DNA from: Balanoglossus misakiensis
Taxonomy: Eukaryota > Animalia > Hemichordata
Assembly (NCBI GenBank): GCA_040954595.2
Contig: CM082576.2
Location: 5,829,029-5,893,028, forward strand
DNA: 64,000 nucleotides
Direction: 5' to 3'
In this document: one piece after another, positions 24,301 to 38,392 of the stretch
Layout: every line of letters starts with the position of its first letter
Numbering within the stretch: position 1 is the stretch's first letter
Translations under genes and position numbers: made by a program
The notes under the pieces: generated by a model
The model's input: only the letters and a program-made list of their open reading frames with translations
Told to the model about the DNA's origin: nothing
Databases searched by the model: none

Positions 24301-25308
24301 TGTCGTGGATGACGTCATTTGCTTCAGCCTATCACTCCAACCTGTTTTCCGACGTATTATATAAGGTGACTTCATTATACCAAGGTACTCGAAGATAGAC
24401 TTAGTGTTAAGATAATTTCTGTCGCCCCTTTCCAGGCGCTGGCTCAAGCAGCAACCCCTGTTCAAGCACTTACCGTGGTACAGCTCCGAATTCCGAGGCG
24501 GAAGTAAGGGTGATTACCGACTACCTGAAAAATCTCAAGAATTCCGGTAGAGATATCGTTCTGTACATCGACTATCACAGCTACGGTCAAATATGGCTGA
24601 CTCCCTATTCCTACACTGCTGCCATTGTCCCACCCGAGCCAGACTACACTAAACAGGTGACAATTATAATTATTTACTGTAAATGTTGGAACATGATCAA
24701 ATATGTTTGATTTGCATAATTAATTATCATTATACAGCATAAGAAGTATGCGCTTTCTGAGATTTTATGTACATGATGACGAAAGTGTTCTTTTGGTTTG
24801 TGCGCAGATGAATATGGCGGACGCGGCTTGTGCTGCAACTTTTGGTGTACATGGCATGCAATACACCTATGGTCCATGCGGAGTAATTCTGTGTAAGTAT
24901 AACATCAGCGCTGATGTTTTACTTTGAACTTATCTATATTAATGATTAAATGATTAAAGAAGGTTAATCTGCAACAGTTTTTAAGTTAAGAAAACAGAAG
25001 TACTGTACATATACTACTGTTATGGGGCACACTGAAAATATCAAAACAGTAATAGATCGGTTTACTTACATTTTAGTGATCATTAGAAATCATTTGCTGG
25101 TAATTTTGTCATTTCTTCCCTTGCAGACGAAGCTGCAGGAAATGCCAACGACTTCGGATACGGTACATTGGGCACAGTGTATTCCTTTGTGGTTGAACTC
25201 CGCGACACCGGGGATTTTGGCTTCCTGTTGCCTGAAGATCAAATCATTCCAACAGGAGAGGAATCCTACGCTGGATTTAAGGAAGCTATAAGAAATCTGG
25301 CAGGCTGA
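21371..25308 (+). CDS. M14A zinc carboxypeptidase (CPA/CPB-like), divergent paralogue, 10 exons, ~415 aa
   Basis: Exons 21371-21444, 21936-22011, 22327-22521, 22886-22990, 23314-23418, 23562-23672, 23984-24077, 24436-24656, 24808-24892, 25127-25308 sum to 1248 nt in frame. Signal MNMSRILFIVCVGLSLAAA; motifs [54 protein letters not shown] at ~21323 and AATAAA at ~25340. Confidence 0.95.
22717..22832 (+). repeat. Diverged dispersed repeat, second copy at ~32258-32372
   Basis: Shared blocks caaaatggcg.atc, tggtggc, cgtgt.ccaccca.tgaaa(a)tcggtgat..gcta.at, catggta in the same order. Confidence 0.7.
23131..23235. repeat. (AGTGT)n microsatellite, intronic
   Basis: Directly visible. Confidence 0.95.
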
Positions 25309-25784
25309 TAGCGACCATTGTAGATGAAATATAGATAACAATAAAGCAGTATGTAAAACAAAAAAATTGACAAAGTGACCAATGTTGTTTTAGAACATCC
25401 TATATAATGATAAATAAAAAAAGAAAGTAGAATAAAGGGGGTGTTCGTCTAAAGTGTCCAAATTTTCATAAGCTCTAACCCATGAAAAATATCCAAAACT
25501 AACAAAATCACCAAAAAAGTTCGCAAAGTCGAGAATATGCGAGAATAATAATTTTCAGTCCAAGATAGTTGTGAACTGTATTCCAATTAAAGGCAATGAC
25601 GTGTCAACTGCGCCCTCATTCGGTCGAATAAAGGATGCCGCTGTTTTACCTCGACTGAGCTCCTGATGACTGGAATGAATAAAGTTTATAATAAAATATT
25701 GTCCCTTAGAAAGGTAATCGGATGATCTACAACCCACCATGTGAGAGAAATGTACTGAAAGTTAACTCCCGTGTGTAACTTATG

Positions 25785-26300
<516 letters not shown>

Positions 26301-26414
26301 ACTATCAAGAGTATAGTATGTGATAGGATTTTTTTTGAAGTGATTAACAAGATTAATGTAATTATTCTTGAAAAACGCCACTATTGTAACGTTTTTCTTT
26401 TCTTAGGGGGGAGG

Positions 26415-26700
26415 TGTTACGTAGGAGAAGTTTGCTGTTGTTTTGTGACCAGGTGTGTTTTCGCTTACTTTCGTAATTTGAATATTTACGTGACCAGGTG
26501 TGGTGCATTCATTATTTTCCCCATATAAAAAGCCCGCGCGTTGTGTTGCGGCGTAGTTACTAATTTGGACTTGCCCGTGTGAGCTGTTCTGTTCCTCGCC
26601 GGCTTGGAAGATGTGCCTTATTTCCTGATACACTGGTCTAGAAACCGCGCCCAGAAACTGTGCTGTATTTCATGCTGTCCTGGTCTGGAAACCGACAATG
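26415..26700 (+). mobile_element. 5' fragment of an LTR related to the one at ~34984
   Basis: Starts TGTTAC; shares repeated (ac)gtgaccaggtg and tataaaa(a)gcc with 35025-35105. Right end is approximate. Confidence 0.55.
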
Positions 26701-29700
26701 GCAAACGCCTCTCAGGAAACCGCCCTAGCTCAGTTGAGTCTCAAAGCATTTCTTTTCAAATTTTACTTCATGGCAATTAAATTTCATCGTATAAAAAAGG
26801 GTCATCCTGTTCGAAATTTACAGGAATGATTTTTTTTATCCGACTAGGAGCTTTGACGTCAATGCCACAACCTAATTCAAAGAAAATCGTGGACATTTAC
26901 TAAGAGTACTGGGAGTCAAACTAAGTCATTGATACACTTCCTCGGTGTTTGACGTCAAGTCAATCAGTATATTGAGCCAATGCAGTGCCACAAAATTCAA
27001 GTATTTCAAGCGTACAATTTTAAGGTCACGAACGCTTAACGCAGGCATGCATGGATATTCTTCGGTGACGCACGCTATCGATTGTCATAGTCACGTACAT
27101 CACGCTACCGACACACAAAACGCTTTCGAGATCTAGACACGGCTTTGACATTCATTTGTGTCGTCGGCAGCTAGTAAAAGGCCAGTGAAGCGTTAATTCA
27201 TGACCACGGCCATTAACGTCATTGCATCCATCGTCAAGCACCGAAGTCTAATCTTCAAAATTCGGAATGTTCCAGAACGCTCTTTCGGCCAAGTGCGTCG
27301 GTTCGGGACTCGGTGATAAACAGCCTAACAGGGTGATTTAGTTGCAGTAAACTGATAGGTTCACATCCATTTGTAAGTTTATAGCACGCTGGCGTGTGAT
27401 CGGCCACGTTCACCATCCCTTGTATTTTCAAAGAGCAACCATGATGATCACCGCGTTTTCAGCGGTGACAGGACCAGATTCTACCCCTGGGAGATCGTCG
27501 TCATTCGTGCGAGGGGCACTTTAATACGTCCGTCCTAATACATAAAAAGGGTGATTTACAACAATTCGCCTTTAAAGCGCTTACACTCACATTATAAACG
27601 TGACTAGTGCATGTAATTCTGTACTGACATGCCTAAAATTATGGCTGGTCCTTTCGTCTGTTGGCCAAGGTTACAACACACGACTATCAGATTACGGGGA
27701 GTCTGTTTTCAAATGAAAGATAGTTCGACAAACATATCTTCGGGGCATACATGTATACATCTTAAAGTGGAACGTTGTGATCCGTTTTTGAGCCAATTCG
27801 GCGAAATGCGATTAAAAAGTACTATGAAAAACGTTGGTTTCATTCACTTTCACTTACGCATAACAGAGCTACAGCCAGCCAAAAACTGCGCGAACCCGGA
27901 AGTGAGTGACGTCAGCAACTGTTGTCCGCTGCCGACGCGTTGGAGCGAGCCTATGCTTATACACGCCTGCACTCACGCGACCGACGACGTTAGCATGGCA
28001 ACATATTCTCGGGTAGTAGGCTACAATTTTGAACCAGAGATTCCCTTCTACGACCAAGCGACTGAATTTTACAGAGGACAAAAGTTCATGCAGTTCTGAT
28101 CTCCGATGTGTCCCGTTTGTCAAGGCTTACACTTGGTGTGGTTTCAGTGAAACCATAGACACTCCATGGGTGAAACTCCCTTGTTGTCTCTCCCTCGTTG
28201 TCACCTTTTCGAACCACTTTTCTTACAAAAATACTTTGTCACCTTTTATGGAGTTGAAGAGAACGAAGGTGCATCGTCCTGCTCTCCAGGTGTAGTACGT
28301 CCGTAGTATAAGGGAAGCCAATACCATAGTTATTCTATGCATGTTTCGTCTCTTGAAATGTATTAAAACTGCCCTTTTTAGTTGCTTTCATTTGATAACT
28401 ATGCGATCGTCAATAAATGGAAATTAAACCCAAATACGTGTACCAAAAAACGTGCAGGAAGGATTTAAAACGGTACGTTTATTATTATCAGCGGCAGTTA
28501 GAACAACTTTGTATAGGCCTTACGGTTTGTTCATAAACGTCGACATGCATGGCATCTTGGACATTGCAGGGTCTATGTCTGCACGCATCGACAAATACAA
28601 TACACGTAGAGCATTGCCTTTGAAAGAAACTTATCCCCGTCGATTTTCCGAATATGTTTTTAAAGTCATGAACTTGACATTTCGCCATGTCAGATCCGCG
28701 CAAAATGTGTCTGTTTATTGGAAATGACACGTCGAACGTGTAAGAGCCCTGCGCGTCGACTGCAACGCAAGTTGCTGACGTCACAGTAGTATTTTCAACT
28801 CGCGTCTTCTGCTTGCGCAGGAAGTGAAAGTGAATTAACCCATCGGAACGTTGCCGTTTTTGACACCCGGTTTGGACTTTGAAGCCCAAAATTGTGGGTG
28901 TCGTTCCTCTTTAATCAGTGCAGATGTCTGAAATAGCCACTTAGGCCGTATATATCTCCATGCGAAAATACGAATTGAACAATAATTTCCACCGAGACCG
29001 CAGAACGCCCAGAAATGACGAAATATGCACTGACAGAGAACTATATAGAAACTAGAACATTCTTGTTAGGAATTTCAACACTTGATTTAATTGAAATTAA
29101 CAAGCCGCTCTGTGTGATACGTAGTTTTTAGTTTTCGAGATTTAGTGAATTTAAAAAAAATCAAACTCATGAGTGTGAGCATATGGGAAATTCTGGGACG
29201 GCGCTTAATACATCCTGCTGAGATTTAATAAACCAGAAAATCGATCCGTTTGAATTCGTTTGGCGATGCGTCACCATTGTAGCGTGGTCTGTTTTCCACG
29301 CACGCAAGACGTAATCCAAGAGATTAAGGGCATTGAAAACAGGACGATTTAAGCCGTTAAATTAAATGTATATTCCGTGTTGCAGAAAGACGTATATTCG
29401 CAACACTTATCGGTACAAGAAAAGCCTTCGGAGTCTTCACTGTTTTCGCTGAGTATAATCAGGCCTGGAGTATAATGGAATTATTGCTCGATACAAAATG
29501 GCGAGCGCCCTGGTTAATTTGTGCTGGGCTATACAACTCCAGATTAGGTACAAAGTCGTCTTCACTCATCTCAGACTCGTCGTAATTTTATTACTGTATA
29601 ATGCCCGCATACATATCCTCCTTATTAAGTCCAATCTACGTGGAACTTACTAAATCTTGTATTAGGTATCGGTGGAATTTCATTTCCGACTTACCTCGTT

Positions 29701-31638
29701 CTTGTAAAGGACCTTAATAGGAAAGAGACGACGAGGGTGACCTTGCTCGGGGTTGAATGCACTTGAAAGGGCTAATCACTCTTAAAAATTGGACCCGAAT
29801 GCAGAAAAAGCATACATGATACAAAAAAACAGACACAAGTGTGTATATGTGTAGATAATTTTATTCGATGTCTTTGCAAATACACATAACAGAAGGTATG
29901 ACACACAAGAGAATTCATGATCATCAATATGCCAGATATCGTTAAAACTAAACCGAGAATGTATATCAATGTAATAATAAAAGTACTAATTTTTTGTACT
30001 AAAGTAATTAAAACTAGAGTAAATACCATCTTAACAATGCCTCGCGCGTGACGTAGTTAAAGCACTGTGACGTAATATATAAATCTTCACAAGTGTAATT
30101 TTGTACGTATACTTTCCCACACAAAAGTTATCAAAATATCAATTATTTGAGACTTTATATAATTCCTTATGCATAGTATACATTGTCTTAACCTGAATTC
30201 ATCTATTTGTAAAATCCCAGTCTCTTTGAAGTAAATGTTGATACCAATCATACCAAAATTACATGTTTGCATTTCCCTTTTTAAATAAACATGTAGACAC
30301 GATGGTGAGAGAGAAAAGACAAGTCAACACACCCAACCTATCACTGCGGAAATTTAGATTTCTTAACAGGAAAACGGAATATATTTATCAGTCGTGCCCT
30401 TATCACTTACTCACAGTTCTCAGCGCGTGGAAAAATTGCGCGGAAAGTTCTCTGTTCTTCTCTTGGAATGTTCTCGTCTCATTCCGGTTCGAAATCACGA
30501 AAGGCGTCATCCTGCCATTCCTGGTGGGACCAAATTTGCACGTTTCTCACCTCACACGTTACGTTGATGTGGTTTTATCACAATTGAATCACGATTCTTA
30601 AGTGAAGCTGGTGGACCAGGCCAGGCGGACTGGTGCAATGACATCGATGACAAAAAATAGATTGCTTCCAATCAAATATTACAATGTTGGTATTCGTAAG
30701 ACCGATTGTAATACTCTATATATAATATGATTTTTTTTTTAAAAGAGGAAATATCCTCCACCTTGTTGACGGGAAATGGCGATCGATTCCAATAAATGCA
30801 TTCGACTCAGTACCCAGGCCCAGCATAGATGCTGACCAATATGAAGGCAGAATGTCAAAGTGCGTGATTAAAAATACTTATCGGGAAATACGGAGATAAA
30901 AGATAGTACCGGGTCGCGAGAACAATAAAAGCATTGGACAGAATGGACGTTCTTTCAATTGGATCTCATTATATTTGTATTCTTCAACAAAGGGGAATGT
31001 TTTCTAATATCTTGTTATCAGTACGAACGGTACGATTTGTATGATAGGAAATATTGACATATTCACATTATAAAACAGTTTTCAGTGTCGCAGTAGATCG
31101 TACAACACTTCAATTAGTCGATGCGTGTTGACAGACGAGTAGCATCTCATACAACAGCTGATGCCGCCAATATCATGTCAGAAGAAAGCTATGCATTCTT
31201 ATAGGAAATTAAGTTTTTATGTATACATATACACAACCCACATATTTGAAAAAAATCACCCGCGTTACAAATGCATTCAATACATAAATATTGCCCATGT
31301 CTTTTCAGTTAGTGTGACTTGTCGACTGCTGATTGAGATAAGTCTCTATAGGGTTTTCGATCTTTTGCTTCGTTTCATGGCGTGTCCGTCTGGGAACACT
31401 TTGGTTGTTTTCGTATTCATTCGAAAGAATATAGGCACCTATTCTGTGTATAGTCAGCACCATTTGGAGTACGTCATCGCGAACATTCAGCCTTCCTTGC
31501 CGACCACAGTAAACATGCCCCGCACACGTTTTAAACCTACAACGGTCTTTCTGTGTCCCTGTGTCCGTGAAGTGTACTTTGTTGCAGCCGGGAAGGAAGG
31601 GAATTCATCAGTGCCGCGGTAACAAGTTTCCCCGCTTC

Positions 31639-34600
31639 CTACGCCTGGCCGTTCCTGACTGTGTATTTCTTCAGCTTTCGCAAACTCCTCTGCTGTTGCC
31701 TGTTCGTGTCTTTGTTTTCCAATGCACACCTTGTCATGTTGGTCTTCATGTGATAAATGATGAGGTCAAACAAATCGGTCCATGCACTTTCGATCTCCTC
31801 GGTCCAGTGATCTTGTAACGTTGGCTGTATGGCGCGAATAAATTGCGGTCCAAACAACTGTAAAGATAGAGTCACAATCGCAATGAAATCTCGCTATAGT
31901 CATATTCATCGCCTTTCTGCTATTTACATCAATTACATTTTATCTGCGCCACAAATAATAATGATTCTCAGTCACGCATTTTGGATTAGTTGGAATGTAC
32001 CGATAAGTAGATTCTGAGTCCGGAAGACGAGTCCTTGAACTGTACAAAATGTATGAAATATTCAAGACGAAACTGGTTCTATCTGGAATGTATGCATGGA
32101 ATATTACGATATTGAAATTTCAGCATTTTATCGCAAGGTTGCATCCACGCAATGCTAGAGTGGTCCACGCCTTATTCAAGAGGTTATACGCTACTGAAGT
32201 TTCACTTTTCACTACAGAATATAGACAAAGACGTAACCCTGGCAATAAGAAAAATGGTGGCCAAAATGGCGTATCTGAGTTTTCTAAAGAACATATGGTG
32301 GCGCTGTCATTTCGCGTGTGCCACCCAGTGAAATCGGTGATGAGCTAAATCTCAATTTGTCATGGTAACCGGTAGCCAAACTTGTGTTCTTTGACTGTCA
32401 TCAACAAATGCCAAACATCGCTTTTGTGCACGAATCAGTTTGCCCAAGAATTTGGAAAGTACACAGACGAATAACTCGTTTTCTTTCCCGCGACCAGCTG
32501 ATTCACACGTTCACATGAATTCACCGGGCATCCCAATGGTTTGCTGATTGAGCGAACAATATATTTTTATGGATGGGATCTGCTGTTTGGTTGATTAGGA
32601 CTAAATTGGTCAATGTACCGACCGACTGATTGATTGGTTGGTTGGTCGGTTAGATGATTTGTTTGAAATGAGGGGGGGGGGGTAACGAGCGAGCGAGAAA
32701 TGTGGGCGTTCTCGTATATTTTATCGAATATCAAGTCATTTGCAATATCATCTTTAATACTAAAAATAATGCACAAGTTAGATGGGCAATCAATCTGGCG
32801 TAAATATTGGCTTCTACATAAGCGTCACATAATTTTAGTTACACCACATAGATATGTTGGCAACTCATGAGAAAACAGTGTAAATGGGAAATCACAAAGA
32901 ACAGCCAAAATGGCTAAATATAATCCAAGGTTAAAAGCACTTCAAAATGTCGTTGCAAGTGAACTCTGTCCTCAAGAAGACAGTGTAAATTATTTGCTGT
33001 AGGGATGAAACCTAAAATTCAATGTAATTGCTTCATTTTTTTTTTTGGGGGGGGGGAGTCGTCTCCACAATTTGATCCGACAAATCGATATAGCGAAAAA
33101 TAAAAACATGTGCAGAAGCCGCTGAAATGCGTGATGTCAGTTGAAGTTGAAACTCAGCGTGTAGGCGTTTTACATAGCGACTGCGCGCGACCCATTAAAA
33201 AGAGCTTCGCGGTAAGTTCAATATCAACACGGATTTTATGGGGGTGAGGGAAATTAAAAAAATATGCTTTTTTTTATCCGGCATTGAACTTTTGACGTCG
33301 CCACGAAAATTGTGTTTTCAAGGTAACAAGGTGTCTCGTCAACAAACCAGGTAATGCATAGTCAATATATCGTCATTTATGCTAATTTTCCAGCATGAAA
33401 AATCGCCGTTGATTTTTCACATCGTTGCATTAAGAGCTCAGAAACTGCGTCAGTGTAGTTAATGTGTTGTTATTAAGTTCGCCCTGACACTTGCATTACT
33501 GAAATTAAAAAAAAATAACTTTATGGGCACATGTTATCATCAATATAAACCCGGAAGACCTTTAAGATAAAGTTTTATACTTACGTCTACCAGGTCCGGT
33601 GTCGCACCGTATCTGACATGTTTCTCGGCCAATAACTTAAGGAGTTCCTCAATTTTATCGTCGTTGTGAATTCTAGCGAGTACTCTCTCTACGACGGCCA
33701 TAACTCGAAGCCCATGCGCCTTCAACTCTGAACTCCACCTGAGATCATCTCGTTTGAGTTCCTTGAATGGCAGGAAGGATTCTTTGCATTCCGGGTGATT
33801 TTCAAACACTCTGGTGGAGAATCAAAAAAACTATAGTTATTCGGATGACACGTTTCACATTGACCCGGCAAATAACTGTACAAATAACTACATAGCTGTA
33901 CAAAATAACTACATAACTGGATCGTTGCCCCTGTGATACGCTGTAACATCGGCGATACTACGAATTTGACTCTGAGGCATACCGAATGTACACAGAATAG
34001 GCGCCTATTACGAAAACAACCAAGTGTTCTCAAAAGACACTCCATGTACACGTGTACGTAATATATATGTGACGTCAATATTGACCGCCAGCATTGCAGC
34101 CATAGCTCGACATGAAGCCTTTAAAAAACATCACGACCGAAAAACTGTTTTCTCTACCGTACGCCAACGCACACCCCAGATTGCAATGTTTGTTTAGCAC
34201 AGACTTTGGTACAATTCCAATGATATACTTTAGATGATTCGCACGTCTTCCAGATTCAATAGTTTCAAGTGTACCAGGATGCGAACATTTCATGCAGTTG
34301 TATGCATTAAAAAATAGACGTCTATGGCGAACTTTTGACATATTTTTAGTTTTTTTCCTCTAGGAGTAAAATGTAAATTGTGTCACAGAAACCCACCTTG
34401 TGCATGTTTTTTTTTTTCACGTTTATGTCATCACAGTCATTTTCAATTCACGAAATGATTATTCCAGTGGCTTCATGAATAGCCGTCATGGTGGTGCTAT
34501 TATTTGAAGGCAATGATGTTTTTAAATTTACACCAAATAGGAGATTTCCGAAGTTTTCTGCACATTGCATGGTGAAGGGCGTATAAGAATTTGTTTCCAT

Positions 34601-37600
34601 GGTAATGGAATTGGCCGGTAACTGTGGTTACAGTGAATTAAAATTTGAATTCAAAGAGGTACCTTATTATTACCGCATTTTAAATGGGAATCCCTCTCAA
34701 GCGAAGACATATACATACATAGAGGAAGTTGAAATTGAAAGAACCCAGAAAGAAAATACGTCAATCCAGTTCAAACTGCGTCAGTGGCGAGTGATATTTT
34801 GTAAATGTCAATACCATTAGACCCTGAAAACAACCAAGAAGTCCAAGAAAGTAATAATGCTCACGTCGGGTGTTCTGAATGGGTGAGAGTGGCCTTCTTC
34901 CCTAGAAACGTCCTTTACATCAATATATCAATCTCCTAAAATTAAAATTATAGGAAGTACTGTTTTGGATGCGAAGGTTGGCATGTAGCAACAAGTCAGT
35001 GGTGTTTCTTATTTGTTTTGTTTCGTGGCCAGGTGCACCTATGTTAATTTCTTTATTTAACATATTAACGTGACCAGGTGTTAGTTTTTAGTCGTATAAA
35101 AGCCACCCAGTGCCACGTTGTCGTGTGGCTCATATTGATTCTGGTCTGGTAGCTGTGCCGTCGCCTTGGAGGAGTTTTGGAGTCCACCGTACGGAGTGCC
35201 TGTTTACTGTGGTAGCTGAGGATTGGAACTGCCGAAGAGACTGGTGAAGCCGTGGTGGATGTTTTCGAGGACGCCGCGTGGGATTTGGGAGCCGTCCTGA
35301 GGGAGCGCGTCTCCGTGTCACTGTGGAACTGTATTTGAGGTAATACGTGGCTGTCTGTGGACTACACGGTGGATATGCAGTTTGAGGTAATACGTGGCTG
35401 TCTCTTTTGTACCCCGGCGTAAAACGGACAGAAAGGCTGTGCGTCGAGTGAAACGCCAGTATCGTCGTGCGTCGAGACGCCGAACTGTTTGTGAGACTTT
35501 GAACTGGTTAGGAATTTTGTTTGGTCACCTGGTCACGCTCGTTAGTTTAGTTTGTACTTTATTGTAAATATTAGTTAACATATTTGTGAAATTTACTCGT
35601 ATCTGTAATTAAATTAACACTGGAAATAGACTGGTTTGTCGTACGTGTGCTGTCTTTGACCATTTCTTTTGCTGCGGCCTGTTGGTCGGTTCGGGTGTAA
35701 AACAAGCCACCCGGTCAGGTAAATTGACCTCTCTATTCTCCGCATATTTTTGGCTCGAACGGCCTGCGGGTCGTAACAGGTGTAAACAATATGGATGGCT
35801 CGTGATAATTATGTAGACAGTGCGATGGGCGTTATTTAGCTCCATTTATCGCATGCTGATTGCTGTAGGTGAACGAAAAATCGCCATTTGCATACGCCTG
35901 GAGCATTATGCTGAGATAACGTCAGATCATACATAGGGTCAAGAGCGTCAAAATGATGAAAGACATCACTAGGATGGTGACGTGCCTTTTTGATTAATAA
36001 ATAAGTTAAACATGCTCATTTAATGTCTCTATTGCAATTTCACTTCTCCATCTGCAATCTACTGAATGATTACCGATTCAAGGCACACTAACTTCTCATA
36101 TACCAGGGGTTGCGAGTTATAAATAGACAAATATTTCATCACCGTTGCGATAATTGCATCTCCGACGGGAAGTATTCAGTTCATGTGCATACAGAAACCC
36201 CAAGTACTCTCATCAAACACAATTACATTTCTCAGTGCATCTTAATGTCATGTGTGAGCGATCGATCCCGAAGTTCTGTATTCACCCACTCGGTCTTTTG
36301 TTCTGTTTGTATTCGTGTGAGACTGCATTACTCCTTGACAAATCTTCGACATGTCTCTGGGTATCTCCACAAATGTCAATAACCACTTCTGATTCGAGAA
36401 CGTGGTGTGGAGAGAGGTCGGGACATCTGCAAGGGTGTCAACGAGTGCATCGATCAAACTCTCGACTTTCCCCGAGGCTCAATGTGACGCCATGCGCATT
36501 ATGTCGAGTGAACGCAATTATCATATTAATTAAGAGTTATATCTGATCAAGGATTTGTCTTAATAACCGCGCTCAACATTGTTCATTTTTGTCGCAAGTG
36601 ACGGATTTCGTGCTCGAAGCGAGTTAACTCTCCACTCGTCCACTGTCTATACATTATACGCCTGTGCACCTTGTTATACGGCAAACATTGAACATTAGAT
36701 GCCAGTTGCTATGTGAAGTCTTATGGCATCATAGCCCGGCATCAATTAAGCCATTCCGAATTCATTTACGTTTGGTGTACTGAAGCAAACAGTTAATCGA
36801 CAGTCTTCTTTCGTTATCGACACGCGTTGACATTAAAACATAGTTGATCCGTGGAGTGATATCAAAGTCATTAAAAGTGACGATAAGATAACAAAATTGT
36901 TCACTACCCATGCACTAAGTAGCTGTAGTATTTAAAAACATGAGAAACGTGAGTACGTACATTTTACTTGTCTATAACCCATTTATCAAAATGACCCATA
37001 TTGAATTTGACTATACGTGAGTATTGAGTTTTGCGATTTCGATGATAATGGAAATTACAGACGGTATATTTAGCTATGCGAGGATAGAATTTCATCTTTG
37101 ATCATTATCAATAATTGCATGGAATCGACTAACTACGTTGCGTTTTAAAGGACAGCTTTCAATCACATGTCAATCCTTGTAATGATGAATGAAGAAAAGT
37201 AGTTGTACCGTTAGTGTTCACATGAAACAGTACACCAAGTTTTGGCTATTTTAAAGTTTCCGCTATTAGACGAATGGTTGATTTCCGAATGGAATGACTC
37301 GAAAACATCATGATGCAGCATGCAGGAAATATCATTTTGCGAACTGAAACAGTCCAGTGTTTACAACGCTCTATACATTTCCAATTATAGCAGAGGCATC
37401 ATACGTTGCATGGTTGTACAGGCAAAACATGGAATGAAAAGGCAAATTTCCTGAATTTTGATTTCAATCCATGCTTCGTTTCTTGATTCATAATTTTTCC
37501 AGAAATCCGACACGGCGACTATATACCAAAAGGTGGATGTAAGCCCGCTTTGGAAATCACCTTTTGCGCATGCGGGCTTGCCACGTTGCATACAGTAAAT

Positions 37601-38308
37601 CAGTCAACTGAAAGCGGAATCACGCCGGGAATATTTGATCTTTTCAAGATAATTCCTGGCTTGAAAGAAAACATCACATTCCAGACCAGAGAAGAAATTA
37701 AAGTTTGACCCACACTGCAAAAGGACGACCCCGGATTCACCTAAATGTCTGCAGTGCGCCACAGATCAGAAGCGGGGCTAACGTGTTTAGATAGGAATGT
37801 ACTTAGAATTAACATCCCGATTTTGTCACTTTCCCGACGACACTTAAGGCGTGTAACTGCACTTTTAAGTTTAAAGGATAACCTCACAACTATTCAAGTT
37901 ATTTTTTAGAAAGGGTGACGTGCGGTTTTTAGAAGCAACATAAAAACTCATCTTCTCCATTTACACGCAGAACACACCTCAATAGAAGCCTTCAGACACG
38001 TGTCTGATTAGCCATATTATAAATTCAGATAGGTCGCATACGTGTTCCTGTATATCGATGATTTCGCGATGAAAGAAATCGTCAGGGTGTAGATTGAAAA
38101 AAAAGGACTCAGCGTGACTTTAGTTGAGAATGATGAAAATCTAAGTGAGACTTGAGTTGCCCATTCTGTCAATAGGTGAGACTGCCACTAACTTTCATCA
38201 TCGTATTCCTCTGCGTGTGCATTGCTTTTGCAACTAAGTTACACTACAGACAGACAGAAAGGCGGATATGCATTAGATACTAGAAATATAGATAAATACA
38301 TGTAAATT

Positions 38309-38392
<84 letters not shown>

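Noticed and set aside
26724-26745. tagctcagttg tRNA A-box-like motif
   Set aside because: No B-box or cloverleaf follows.
27600-29600. CpG-richer region with 90-156 aa ORFs
   Set aside because: No recognisable protein motif or element ends; probably decayed repeats.
32015-32080. Hammerhead-like gacga-gtc..ttgaa...ttcaa-gac-gaaac
   Set aside because: Core C3-U4 is missing and stems I and III do not pair; at best a dead relic.
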